Shown here in pieces: positions 10,161 to 22,980 of a stretch of 64,000 nucleotides of DNA. The DNA lies in NCBI RefSeq assembly GCF_001194135.2, contig NC_068988.1, positions 16,160,350 to 16,224,349 of the forward strand. Reading direction: 5' to 3'. The notes beneath the pieces were generated by a model. The model saw only the letters and a list, made by a program, of their open reading frames with translations, was not told where the DNA came from and made no database searches. This stretch comes from Octopus bimaculoides (taxonomy: Eukaryota). The stretch's first letter is position 1. Each line of letters opens with the position of its first letter. Position numbers and translations under genes: made by a program.

Positions 10161-13100
10161 AATCATATATTACTTATGTTATTATATGATCGAACGCCAC
10201 GCATTGCCTCCAAGTAAGTTTTTATCTCAATATTCTTTAAAAATAGTTTGGTATAGATTTCAAATGTTAGAGTGTAGTTTTCTATTGTCTAAAAGATATG
10301 TTTGTGTGTTCCTACCAAAGGAGTGGCTAATGAGCATTTATTCAATGGGTTTTATGTATTTTTTGTGTGGGGGGTGGGAGGTGGTTGGTTGGGTGTGTAT
10401 TGTGTTGAATGTCCTTTCAATATATTTGGAATGTGACCACTTGTGATGATGGGTTTGTATATTGTGATGAATGTCTTAGTATTTTTCCTTTGCGTATGTG
10501 TGTGTGGTCACCAGCTGTGTGTATGTGTGTGGGTGTGCGTTTGTGTTTGTATATATGTGGGTGTGTTTGTGCGTGTGTGTGAGTGTGTTTTTGCGATGTT
10601 TTCTTTTATGAGTATATGTGTGCATGTGTGTGTTTTTGTGATAATTTTTTGTATGAGTTCAGTCCCTTTCCAGCGACGAGTAAGTTTTTGTAAAGACTTC
10701 TGTTGGTTTTTTTTTCCATCGAGGAAAAAAGTGTTTTGTTGATATACGGGCAACACACACACACACACATACATACGAACATGTATACATACAAAAACTA
10801 TGTATGCAATTGGTGTACGTATATACGTCTGTGTATGTGTGTGTGTGTTGCCCATATATATATATATATATATACGTATACTTAAAACTTAGTTGTGATC
10901 TGAGCATAACCGCTTCTGACACAGAGAAACGGGAGCCCTTTTGGGCATTCTATTTTCCTTGCTGGAAGGGCTCCCAGCCCATGGTCAAAGAGGGGTTAGA
11001 TGTTGGGGGTGGTGCTTTCAAAGGGCTGGCATGTGTAACCTGATCACCTCTGCCGATCAAACTCCCAACCCATACCCTCCAGTTGAGACACTGATTCTGC
11101 CAAAATTTGACGTCGATGTTACTTAGTTTGGTCTGAAATAAAGAACTTGATTAGCTTAATAATCCTAACTTAATCCCCAGTAAAACCGGGCTACACTGCT
11201 AGTATTACATATTTTTCTGTGCTGACAGACGCCCCTTTTCCTCTCTCTCTCACACACACACACGCGCGCGCGCGTACATGTATGCATGTATATGTATATA
11301 ACCAAACGTGTGCAAATATGCGTGGTTGTTTTGTGGGTGTGTGTATTATTATTATATCATTAAACTGACTATATTTCCCAACGAGGAAAACCCTGCAGAT
11401 TATAAATGTTATCAACATACACGAGACATAATTTATATAAATATTAAATCTTTATTCATAAAAGATCTACTAATGGTATGCCCGTCTGGGATTTAAATAT
11501 TAAAGCGGCATGTGTATTGCTTTTTTCGTTTCGTATAGATGTTATAAATGTGCAAACATTTATTTCATAAAGGCATGATAAATAGTAATTTTAGAATTTG
11601 GATTCAGAAATGAGAGCTCGGAATCTAAATACTATCAAACATTTAATACGGATATCCAATTTCTTCCAAACTTTTTTTTCTGCTAGATATTGGTATTGAT
11701 TTCTTACAGTCGAACAAGCAATAGTTATTTCATCGATCTCGAATGAATGAAAGGTAAATATGTTATCAGAGTATTTCATCTAGAAACATATAAGCGTAAA
11801 GAAAATACTCTAATGCATGTAGTAAAAGTGCTTTAGCGCCTCTGCTAGTAAAATATATTAGGTGAGAATTGAATATTTTTCGCAGAACTCAGCTAGCCAA
11901 TAATGTATGGCTTTCACACAAAATTGTTGAAATTATTGCTTCTAGCAAGCAGTTTTATAGATAGACACAGTTGATTAAATCGACCCCGGTACTTGACTGG
12001 ATGTTATTTTATGGAACATGAAAATGTACAATTATAGATTTATCCGTTAGGATTTGGACTCAGCTCGCCAAAAGACGTGTGACAACATCCTCCAACTTTC
12101 AGCCGATTCTGATATTCAGAGCTATTTTAAGATAATTATATAAAACACAGATTTATTGAAACTTACTTATAGTGATAACTGTAACAGTGATGGTAGTCTT
12201 TCGTAGTCCGAGAGAGACGGTTCCGCAATTACTTGCTTAATACCCTGTACAAATGATTTGTTAATAATGATAGAATATATGTGCTGTATATCAAGTTATC
12301 CCTCAATCAAATCGACGTTGCCTGAACAGGTGCGCTGTTTTCGAAGTGAATTTAGAGCAGCATGAGATGAAGTACTTTACTCAAAAACAGAACGTACCAC
12401 TCAGTCAAGGAATTAAAAATCACTATCTCGCTATCGTGTGTGCAACATGTGCAACACCCAGACCGACCACTAGACCATTCACCCTCTCAAGCAATAAGCG
12501 TAATAGAATGTTTAATAAATCAACATTTGATGCTGCACATCATGTTTTTGCTTATTATCAATGGTCTGTATTTGTTAAGACATAGTATCAATGTAGTCAT
12601 GACATGCATCTATGATTCCTTTCCCGTAAGAATTATTTAAAAAAAAGAAATTGTTATATACCATCAATTGCAATTCACACCATGTAAATAGTATAACTAT
12701 TGTGTTATGATTGAGGTAAGAATTTCAGAACAGTTCGTCGAATGTCAATTAGTTCGAGTTTTGTAAATATATTTAAAAAAAAATGATCGCTTGGATTTAT
12801 AAATCTCTATTCCTGGATTTATAAATCTGTATTGGATTTATAAATCTGTAGATGTACTGTGCTAAAGTGACAGTAGCAATCCTTGTCCTGGGAGAATAAT
12901 GCCGTTGGTATTGAACCTGGCGCCATGTGGAAGCAAATCAAATGCTTCGAACACGCACCTATGTATGAGAAAATCCATAATCATAGCCATCATTCGTAAA
13001 CGAAAATGACTTGGTATCATATATCGGGATTTTGCTGATGGTATTTTGTACCTATGTGCTTACGAGCATACATAGACACCGTTTCGGTTCCTCCCTATTT

Positions 13101-14665
13101 TACCCAAGAAAACATCAAGAATGTGAAAGCTGATGGTAAATATGTTTGCACCAAGACTCGGCTGGCATACATTGCAACAACTGAAAATGAATTACTTTGC
13201 AGTAGGACATAACATACCATTCGGTCCAGGAATATTTTAACACATCTCTTCCGAATGAGAATATATATATCAGTAAAGATGATTTACAGTAAGATGACAG
13301 ACAAAATGCTATAACATGAACCATAAAAGCAAATTAAATTTTCCTTGTATCGATGGTTAACTATTGAACATCGTTATACATTTAACCTACAAGTTTGTAC
13401 CTCAAAAAAAACAAAAAAACGTACAACGATGACCGGTATTCCCCATTTAAGTTTTGATTTCTCAAAATGAGTTTGCAATATACTACTAAGATATTATTTA
13501 GTTGAAATATGTTAGCTTCTATAAACGTTCACAAATGTTTTAGGAAGATCAGTTCAGCTATTGATACCGCTAGAAATAGAAAAAAGAAGTGGAATATTTT
13601 ATTGTCTTTCCATTGTTAGTATTGAAATGTATATTTAATGAACAATTTGGCAGTTTGGTTCTGTGCCACAAATTACGAGACAAAAATCAGTTGGAAATAT
13701 TCCATAAAACTTTATCTGTGTTGGCTTTAACAGTATTTGCCGAAATCTGGGATTCTCAAAATAAAAAAAAGAGAAACATCTCATTTATGCAAGGTGCTTT
13801 ATGTTGTGAGTGATGACGTACTCATTTGTCGAGAGAAAGCGGAAGTGAGATCAGAAGAACATATTTATTATTGTTTGAAAGAAATAAAAGTTAGTTTGAC
13901 CATAAGTTAATAGCTGATTGTTATTTATATTAAATGCTTTCGCTATTTTGTAATTATATTTTGATACATAACGCTTGAATAGATCAGATACAACAATCTT
14001 GGATTATTATCAGATGGGAACCATTGCGCATTACAGATCTATCGTATAGTATATATAAATATTTTGCAAAACATTTTTTTGTGTCTGTTGATGAATTACA
14101 GCTAAGATAATGAGGCTTACGGCGTTCATGGCAAGCGATACAGAATGTCTAATTAGTAGGAACAAACACCGTATTTCGTTATGCAACCATAATATACTAC
14201 AAAGTATGCAAAACACTTTAAAAGTCAATACTGTATTCTACTCAATGCAATTCGAAATTAGAACACTATTTCAATCTAATGTATGTTTAATTTTGTTTAT
14301 CGCGACAAAATTACGGCTATATTTCGTGTCAAGTTAAGGAAGACTGGTCTTGAATTAAAGGATGTTGTATAGCGAAAACCTCTGACATTCAAAATACCTT
14401 TGACTTTACTGGGGTTGTTTCATTATTTAGTCAGAAATTGAGATACGGGAAGCGAGTCACATTGAAATGATACTGTGATATTTACTAAACGTTATTCCAA
14501 CAATATGAGCAAACATAGCAGGCATAAGATTGGTGTTCTATCTCGTTAAAGAAATCATTATGAATGATCGGTTTGAAAATGAAAGAAAATTAAACTACTT
14601 TAATCTTAGTTGATTTCATTCATGGATTAATGGAATTTTGTTTGGTGCAGGACGGACGTTAGAGA

Positions 14666-14668
<3 letters not shown>

Positions 14669-14763
<95 letters not shown>

Positions 14764-14780
14764 AAAGAGAGAGAGAGAGA
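14669..14780. repeat. (GA)n microsatellite
   Basis: Direct reading. Confidence 0.97.
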
Positions 14781-17689
14781 GTGAGTGAATGAGTAACAGA
14801 GAGACTAATATGCAATCGAGAGGAAGTAAATATAACTCCATTAGAAATAGTGACAACTATGATTTAATTAATTACAGAGTTACTACACATTTAATTACAG
14901 GCAAAATCTTTAAAGTTTTGAGCGAAATATTACGATGAACAGATTACTAATTTATTAGCTTAGTGAGACACTCGTTTATTATTTTAATTTCCAGCGACTC
15001 TCGAATTAAATATTAACTATAAATAGCAATGGTTTCCTCGCATTTCTCTACATTTCCAAAGCAAAATAATAAAACTAGTTCCGATGTAATTATGGAAGAG
15101 CAATTTGAATAAGGGATTAGTTTAAGATTCTCATTACAGTGAAAATGGTTTGCAGTACGCTAACACAACAACATCGTTAACCCAGTTTAGTAAAATGTTT
15201 CGATTTTCTTGATGCAAATTAAACAGGAAAATATATTTTATACAATTTGATTGTGCACAACCATTTTCTTTTACTGAGTCAATTGTCTTTATGCAAATAA
15301 GTAAATACGTATTTTACTCAAGATTGTTCTCATAACTATTAAGTCTACTTTCCATTCCAATAGTTTGTATTTGGTCTTTCGGGAAGAAGTGCACTACATC
15401 CATGATAGAATATGTAGCATATGAATGTATTATTTTTTCATTCACTAATTTCCTACGTTCGTCTTAACAATAAGAATGATGTCAATATTTTTAAGGGATC
15501 AAAATTGAAAGAGACGAATCACTTTCAATGAATTTAGGCTAACAAGGATAGAGGTATGATAGTGGAAAGCATTTCATACAGCTTCAATTTTTGACTAGTT
15601 AGGAATTGACGTGAAGGAAAAGTTAATTCGTACAGACACTATATTCAAGACATATATTGGTCCAATTTTAACGATTCTGAGATTTTTTTTTTAACATCAA
15701 TTAAATGCTCATACAATATCTCGACAAGTATCATTCATGACGTCAAGCATCGGTTTGTTTTCATCGTTACCAATAAGTTGTGCGGAAACAATATAATTGT
15801 CATTCACGAAAATGTATATCTAAATCTAATGGAGAGGAATTGAATATATTCAGAGATTATTAGAAAGACAAGGAAGAGCTAAGGTGTATGTTTATTGCAT
15901 TCAAGAGTTCATCGATTGGAATTGAAGTACTGCAAACAGAATCTTTAACCACAGTCATAAAATAAACAGTAAGATATACTCTAATAGGTCCAATAGAATA
16001 TAACAATATTTGGTGTTACTTTCAAATTCAGTCAACAGTTATTATAATTGGCCTCTGATGGAACTATGTAAAGCAAGTTGCGTTAACTGTTGATACTGTT
16101 AATTAATTATATACAGTGTGAGATGAAGAGCAAATGGACATGATGACAAATATAAAAATCATATAATTTAAAAAACAAAATAATGCTGGGAGTTTATCAA
16201 AATATTTTCTTCTTCCTCAATAAGTGAAATTACGGATTAAAAAAAACCCAACTAAATAATTAAGTAAATTATTTAACAGTGACAGATATCTTTTAATTTA
16301 TTATCAACTATTTTAAAATCAAATACAGAAGAGTGGCAAATTCTTTCTTACCTTGCAGTCAAGAAACAAGGCTGTGCACATAAATATTTACATGGCCTTC
16401 GAGACTTGGAAATCGGGTGGGCTTCACGGGAGATACTCAGGTGACTGGTGGTGCTGTTAAACTTCGTGACGGATTGAATCCATCACCCAAATAGGCCTTA
16501 GTAGGATTTGGACTCAGAAAGCAAATAACTAGAATAAACCGTTAGTCATCCAGTTCGATGTTTTTTTACATATCTGTCAAATTATCCATCTAGATTCGTA
16601 CATTTTTGTTGACTTCGAAAGGAGAATAGACAAGGATGACATCAACAAGATCTGAATTCAGACTGCTCTGAGTGGGAACAAACACCTCAACTCAAAGCAT
16701 CTATCCGACACCAAACGGCTCTGCTTGTTCGCTGCCTAAAACACTCGGCAGAAAAGTATTTGTTGTCACTAAGACCAGTTTGCTTAAATATTCATGATTT
16801 TATTAGGGGTGGGGTTCTAGAAAGACGCCTCACTCTTGGCATTACATCAATATCACAACAACTTATTTCAACTATAAATATAAGGCGATAAGCCTTGTCA
16901 AAACAAATCGATAATAGCTAATCAAACCAGTCCACACTGCCGCAAACTCCAGGTGATCCAACTCATCGAGTCGGTGCTATTACCAATTAAAGCTATTTCA
17001 ATCTACTTCTGCAATTTCCATCAAGTTAGGGTTTCGTTCCAACTGAAAGTAAATCAATACTAGCTTCAGAAAGCAACATATCAACATATTAGTGTAGCAG
17101 CATTAATAATAGATATCCTATAGGATATATATTATTGCCAGATATAGATTGGGATATCTTTAGTATTTTGTCAGCAATTCTTAGTAAAAATCATTTCTTG
17201 ATTTCTTATTTTTCTTATTTCCTAATATTTTCCCATGGGCAAATAATTACTTTGCTGTCTGTCTTTAAATTACCCTTTTAACTTCCAACAGAGACATTCT
17301 ATTCACATTTCTTTCATATGCTATACATATATGCACACATACACAGACACACATTCATATTACTTTAAGTTGGTCTCTCATTGTATTCTAAATATCCCTA
17401 TTCAGACCCTTTCTTACATTTCTTCAATTGCTCTGTCGCTTCCCTTGTATCTGATGCAAGAAAATGTATCTGGTATGTTGAATAAGCTTTGCCATCAGGA
17501 CTTTATCGTTTATTATACTAATTAGTGCAATTAAACTGTCTTATTTAAATCTACATTGATCCGAAATGTTTTGTCGAAGGAAACGTGCTCTTACGTACAG
17601 AATTGGCAATGATTATAAAAGATTTGTATATAGGTTCGTGTCTTAGTTGTCTGTGTGTATGTGTATGTGCATAAGAAACGTAGGCGAAG

Positions 17690-17697
17690 AAAGAGAC

Positions 17698-17740
<43 letters not shown>

Positions 17741-17880
17741 GAGAGAGAGATAGAAAGAAAGGAAGAGAAAGAGAGAGAGAGAGAGAGATAGAAAAAAAGG
17801 AAGAGAAAGAGAGAGAGAGAGAGAGAGAGTGGGAGAGATAGCAAGAAAGAAAGAGAAAGAGAGAGAGAAAGAGAAAGCAG
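17690..17880. repeat. Imperfect GA-rich microsatellite
   Basis: Direct reading. Confidence 0.9.
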
Positions 17881-18269
17881 TGGTTGTCGTTTTGTCTACA
17901 AATATGCAAATATGTTGGCACACAAACACTAAAGTGTACACACACACACACACACACACTCTCTCTCTCTCTGTGTCTCTTTCTCTGACTCATGTATCTA
18001 CATACACACTTGTGTAAGCGCAAATAAGAAACCCAGTGGGTTTCTTATCCCTTTTCGTAAAATTGGTGATTATCTAATTTGCATAGATATAATACGTAAT
18101 AACGCTTACATACAACTTATTGGTCGTTAATATAATATGATATAATATAGTATAACACCAGAGGAATTATTCTGCATATTTGTTGGTTTATGGCTAATAG
18201 AATACACTTCGTCTTAATCAAACCACGCAAAACCTGATGAGGTCTAATATGTTAGAATTTCACACGTTG

Positions 18270-18410
18270 CTTATTATCACGGACATTGCGGTGGTAGACT
18301 GACAGAATGAATTGAGAGTCAGAGAAAATATGTTGTTGTATTTTGTTAAATCTCTGTTCATTCTGAGTTCAAATCGCGCCAAGGCCATCGTTGTTTTTCA
18401 TTATAATCAT
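18270..18410 (+). mobile_element. Degenerate family A SINE (5' half)
   Basis: gcggtggtagactgacagaatg...ttctgagttcaaatcgcgccaagg. Confidence 0.6.
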
Positions 18411-18555
18411 TCTCAATAAAATAACATACATATCAAATCGCATCGGCTGACCAGGCTTTTAACATTTCAGGCCTTGAATGTATGTTAAAAACAAGTATTA
18501 ATCACATGTACTGAATCTGTAAGTAAAACGTAAAAGAAACATTATAGATACTCGA

Positions 18556-18782
18556 GGTGAGTTGGCATTTACGTTCACACGTCGGGCGAAATGCCTAGTG
18601 GTATTTCGTCTGCTGTTACGTTCTGAGTTCAAATTCTGCCGAGGTCGACTTTGCCTTTCATCCTTTCGGGGTCGATAAATTAAGTACCAGTTACGCATTG
18701 GGGTCGATGTAATCGACTTAATCCCTTTGTCTGTCCTTGTTTGTCCCCTCTATGTTTAGCCCCTTGTGGGCAATAAAGAAAT
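18556..18782 (+). mobile_element. Full-length family A SINE with 22 bp target-site duplication
   Basis: TSD aagaaacattatagatactcga (18534-18555) and aagaaacattatagacactcga (18783-18804), 1 mismatch; B-box GAGTTCAAATTC; core GCCTTTCATCCTTTCGGGGTCGATAAA. Confidence 0.93.
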
Positions 18783-18829
18783 AAGAAACATTATAGACAC
18801 TCGAATATTAGATATAAAGTAGTTATATG

Positions 18830-19040
18830 TGCGAGAGTGAGCTGAAAAGTTCCTGGCTTTGGGTAAAAGGAAATACAGGAGGATCAGTTAATTATAATTT
18901 TATTCGACATATTCCTCTCCAAGTTTCACACATGTATTGCAGTGGCCCTTCTTTTTTTAAGCCCTGAAAAAGAACGCGGAATGTTGGGCCCCCAACAAGG
19001 ACTTTCAGGATAACCAGGAACTTTTCAGCACCCCTTCGTA
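18830..19040. mobile_element. Mariner-type MITE (~210 bp)
   Basis: Terminal inverted repeats tgcgagagtgagctgaaaagttcctggc and reverse complement of ccaggaacttttcagcaccccttcgta; terminal TA on the right. Confidence 0.88.
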
Positions 19041-19081
19041 TATCAGATATTTAGATATGTTTCTGTATACAGTAATAGTGT

Positions 19082-19326
19082 GGAGGCGCGTGGCCTAGTG
19101 GTTAGGGTGTCAGCACCATGCTAGTAAGTTTGTGGTTTCGATTCCTAGACCGGGCGACGCGTTTTGCTCTTGAGCAAAACATTTCATTTCACGTTGCTTC
19201 TGTCCACTCAGCTGGCAAAAATGAATATCGCTGCGATAGACTAGCGTTCAATCCAGCTGGGGAACACATACGCCATTGAAACTGGGAAACCGGGACAATG
19301 AGCCTGGCTAGGCTTTAAAAGGGCGC
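19082..19326 (+). mobile_element. tRNA-derived SINE, family B
   Basis: A-box TGGCCTAGTGG, B-box-like GTTTCGATTCC, then CTTGAGCAAAACATTTCATTTCAC and GCGATAGACTAGCGTTCAATCCAG. Confidence 0.85.
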
Positions 19327-19719
19327 TTTTATTTTTATTTTTATTATACAGCAATAGTATATTTTCAATAATCGGCTGTTATCATTGAATTAAATCCTGA
19401 GTTAAATGTAATATTTGAGAATTATTTTATAGCTCTTGTGCTGTGGGCTAGTGTTGAAATCGCAGACTACGAAATAAAAATAGCATCCATAAACGCTACA
19501 TCAAGAGACATTAGGGCACTTATGTAGCAGAAACACATGTCGGATTGTAATATATCAACAAATAATATTTGAAGATGTATAATTTTCCACTCTCTGTCAT
19601 GGTTTCTTGAATATATATATACACTGTATGCAGTATAAAATCCAAAGAAGTGAGCTCAGTATTTGCCTAACAACTACTGTATAATTGTTTATCTTAAATA
19701 ATTCTATATGCTCTCTCTC

Positions 19720-20280
19720 ATTCAATGTAGTTGTCCAGAACCTGGATTATATCAGAGTGCTAACGATCCCCATTCCTTTACGTTATCTAACATCTGGTGT
19801 TGTTCTTTATTCCATTTGATTCCCTCTAATCCCGCTATTGTTGCTCATACTACCCATATGTTTATTACTAATATATTCTTTTTATCTATTTATTCAGGCT
19901 TTCACAGCAATTTTAATCTCTGATATTCTTTTTCAAATTGTTCTTTCATTTCACTCTCTTTGGTCGTGTCGATTTCTAGTATTCCTAAATACTTATAGCT
20001 CTTCTCAGTGAATTTCATTACTTCACTCCCCTGCGGTCGACATTATCTTCCTCCTGTTCATTACAAGTATTCTAAATTCATTTTTTAAATATGCTGTACT
20101 TATATCGAATTCCATCGCTGTGTCATTCGTGAAAATGTAAACAGTTTTAACTAAAACATTCGGTTTTCTCAAAGGAAAGACTGCCAATAAAAGAAAATAC
20201 TTTATTTCTCCATTCATATCCAACTCCCGTCTTTCACAAAAACCAACGCAATACAAAAAAGATGGCTAACGTACTGATGT
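19720..20280 (-). mobile_element. Highly decayed R4/Dong-clade LINE, RT C-terminal half
   Basis: Minus-strand frames give KTGVGYEW, LVKTVYIFTNDTAMEFDI, SYKYLGILEIDTTKESEMKE, INIWVV..AGLEGIKWNKEQ..LD; catalytic FMDDL appears decayed to FIGSL. Confidence 0.7.
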
Positions 20281-21251
20281 CCTTTGAAGTTTCTTCTTAT
20301 ATTAACTTCTAGTACTTCAGATGACGTTGTTTTTTGCACTCTTTTTTTGTGCATATAACTATTCAAGAATGCGATGTCATATCCTACGGTTTTTATTATT
20401 TATCCAAGCAATCGCTAACTTTAATGTTATTCATTACAATCTTTCGACCTTGATTTGCCGATCAGTATCCAACTGTTGCTTTTATAACCTTGTTTGATCA
20501 TTAGTCAGCTGATGTTTTTCAAGAAAGGAATGCATACGTTCTGCGATTATTTAATTTAGTGTTATGTCTCAAGCTACTGCTATCTAGCACCTTCGGATGA
20601 TCTCTACTCAACTGCTACACAACTGCTACTCGACTGCTACTCAACACTCCTACCACGGCCAGACTACCTCTATTTATATGTCTACTTCTTCGCCTGGGGG
20701 TGTCGACACAATATTTAGGTTAGTATATTCCATTTAAGTGGAAAACACGATATTGGACGAAAATTATCAACTTTAATTCATTTTATTCTCATTTAATAAC
20801 AAAGAAAGTTTCCTATAGGGGGAACGGTTCTGTTATTTTAGACGCTATCCAACTGTAAATAAATACTTTGTTGCAATGAGCTCGATTTCTTTAACCAGTA
20901 ACGTTAAAAATCGTCTGCATATCACAGCACTACTTTATGCTGTAATTTCTAATTCCTTATGCCCCACTATAGACTTCAGGATTCTCTTTCTTCTTTATTT
21001 CTTCCTCAAGTATCAATGTTCATTCTCAACACCTCTATATCACCTCATATTATTCTTTTCCATAACAATTCGTTCTTTTGGAGAGTTCTTTTTTTTTTTT
21101 TTTTTGTATCCTTCAAACTCTCGTTATGTGCTGCCTATGTACCGGCTGATCTTAACAAAACGAACGCTTCACTTACTTTGTTCAGAATATGATTGATGAC
21201 TATACTTCTTCGAAATCTCATTCATCGTGTTCTTTCAACATTTTAACAAGA

Positions 21252-21252
<1 letters not shown>

Positions 21253-21314
<62 letters not shown>

Positions 21315-21337
21315 GTCATCATCATCATCATCATCAT
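21253..21337. repeat. (ATC)n microsatellite
   Basis: Direct reading. Confidence 0.97.
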
Positions 21338-21759
21338 AATTGTTATTATTATTTGTATCCTCTATTATTTCATTCAATGTGTTCATGGGTTCCTTTTAAT
21401 ACTTTCTATATTTTGTGCTATTTTATTCATTTATTTTTGCATTAATATTGTCATTAAAAAACAACATTTCCAACGCTTGCAAAGCATAAGTTTCTTCTTT
21501 TCTTCTCTGGCAATTTCCCGCCTTTCCATTTCATTAATCTTTAATATTATTTCTGTTACTCTTCCAATAATGTCCTTCCAATTGTTTTTCTTTCAATATT
21601 TCGTAATATTTCCGCTAAGAGAATATTAAGTTATATAACATAATGATAGTTCATTTTGTTGTTTATGTTCTTTAATTTTCTTTACAATGCTTGTTTTCTT
21701 TATCACTTTCTGGAAATGCGTCCAACGTTCGCTGGCCTCTGTCTACTGAAAACTGTGTA

Positions 21760-21887
21760 CGTATGTATGTATGTATGTATGTATGTATGTATGTATGTAT
21801 GTATGTATTATGTATGTAAGTATGTATGTACGTACGTATGTATGTATGTATGTATGTATGTATTATGTATGTAAATATGTATGTACG
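21760..21887. repeat. (ATGT)n microsatellite running into an assembly gap
   Basis: Direct reading. Confidence 0.95.
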
Positions 21888-22144
21888 NNNNNNNNNNNNN
21901 NNNNNNNNNNNNNNNNNNNNNNNNNNNNNNNNNNNNNNNNNNNNNNNNNNNNNNNNNNNNNNNNNNNNNNNNNNNNNNNNNNNNNNNNNNNNNNNNNNNN
22001 NNNNNNNNNNNNNNNNNNNNNNNNNNNNNNNNNNNNNNNNNNNNNNNNNNNNNNNNNNNNNNNNNNNNNNNNNNNNNNNNNNNNNNNNNNNNNNNNNNNN
22101 NNNNNNNNNNNNNNNNNNNNNNNNNNNNNNNNNNNNNNNNNNNN

Positions 22145-22175
<31 letters not shown>

Positions 22176-22235
22176 TTATGTATGTATGTATGTATATATA
22201 CATATATAAGGTTGTGTACATATAATATATATACA

Positions 22236-22850
22236 CAGTGCGGTGAATAAACTGTCGTCTCTAAAGTACGCAAAAATGAAAATAACACTGACATTTAACT
22301 TTAACAGATATTTTTTACCAAAATTACATAAAAATATCTTGAAATACTAACAGTAAATTTATTCAATAAATTCGCCATTGACTTCAACCACGGCCTCCGA
22401 ATAAATTCGGAATATCCTACAACACTTCTGGTCGGCCTCGTTGTTTAAGTGTGTGAACGCTGTCATAAGACTTGCCGTCAGTTCATCTTTGGTGTTATAA
22501 AGAGTTTTGTTGGTCTCTTTCTCAACTGCGCCCCACACATGATAATCCGGTGAGTTGCAGTCTGGGGAGTTAGATGACCAATTGTTAGGGGTGATGCGTT
22601 CGCAGAAATTATCAGACAGCCATCACTGAGTTCTCCTGCTTGTGTCACATGGTGCAGAATTCTACTACCAGACATAAGGTCCTCTAACAACCATTCCCTT
22701 GACTCAGGACAGCACTACCTCATCCAGGCACTTGACGTTGGTCTCCGTGTTGATTGTGAGGCCGTATGAGAAGAGGAATGGCGGCGAACGTCACTATCAC
22801 TAGTGATCACTACAAACACCATGATGTTGTTGGATATTTAATTTTTATTA
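22236..22850 (-). mobile_element. Decayed Tc1/mariner DD37D (maT-like) transposon, 3' part
   Basis: Minus strand reads PYVW**NSAPCDTSRRTQ*WLSDNFCERITPNNWSSNSPDCNSPDYHVWGAVEKETNKT; 37 residues between the decayed second D position (N) and third D. Confidence 0.85.
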
Positions 22851-22929
22851 CTCTTGGTAATGCATCGATATATATGTATATGTATATATGTAAATATATA
22901 TACAGACGCGCACACACATATATATGTAC

Positions 22930-22978
<49 letters not shown>

Positions 22979-22980
<2 letters not shown>

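Noticed and set aside
12241-12261. taccctgta resembling the start of miR-10
   Set aside because: Only 9 nt match and no precursor hairpin seen.
15310-15820. Two minus-strand exon-like frames and a 78-codon plus-strand open stretch
   Set aside because: Phases do not join and no domain recognised.
18233-18270. CTGATGA as a hammerhead core (also CTGACGA at ~9650)
   Set aside because: No stem II followed by GAAA downstream.
19082-19155. tRNA gene calls for SINE heads (also 25029 and 56870-56944)
   Set aside because: A/B boxes are present but there is no complete cloverleaf and each continues into a SINE body.
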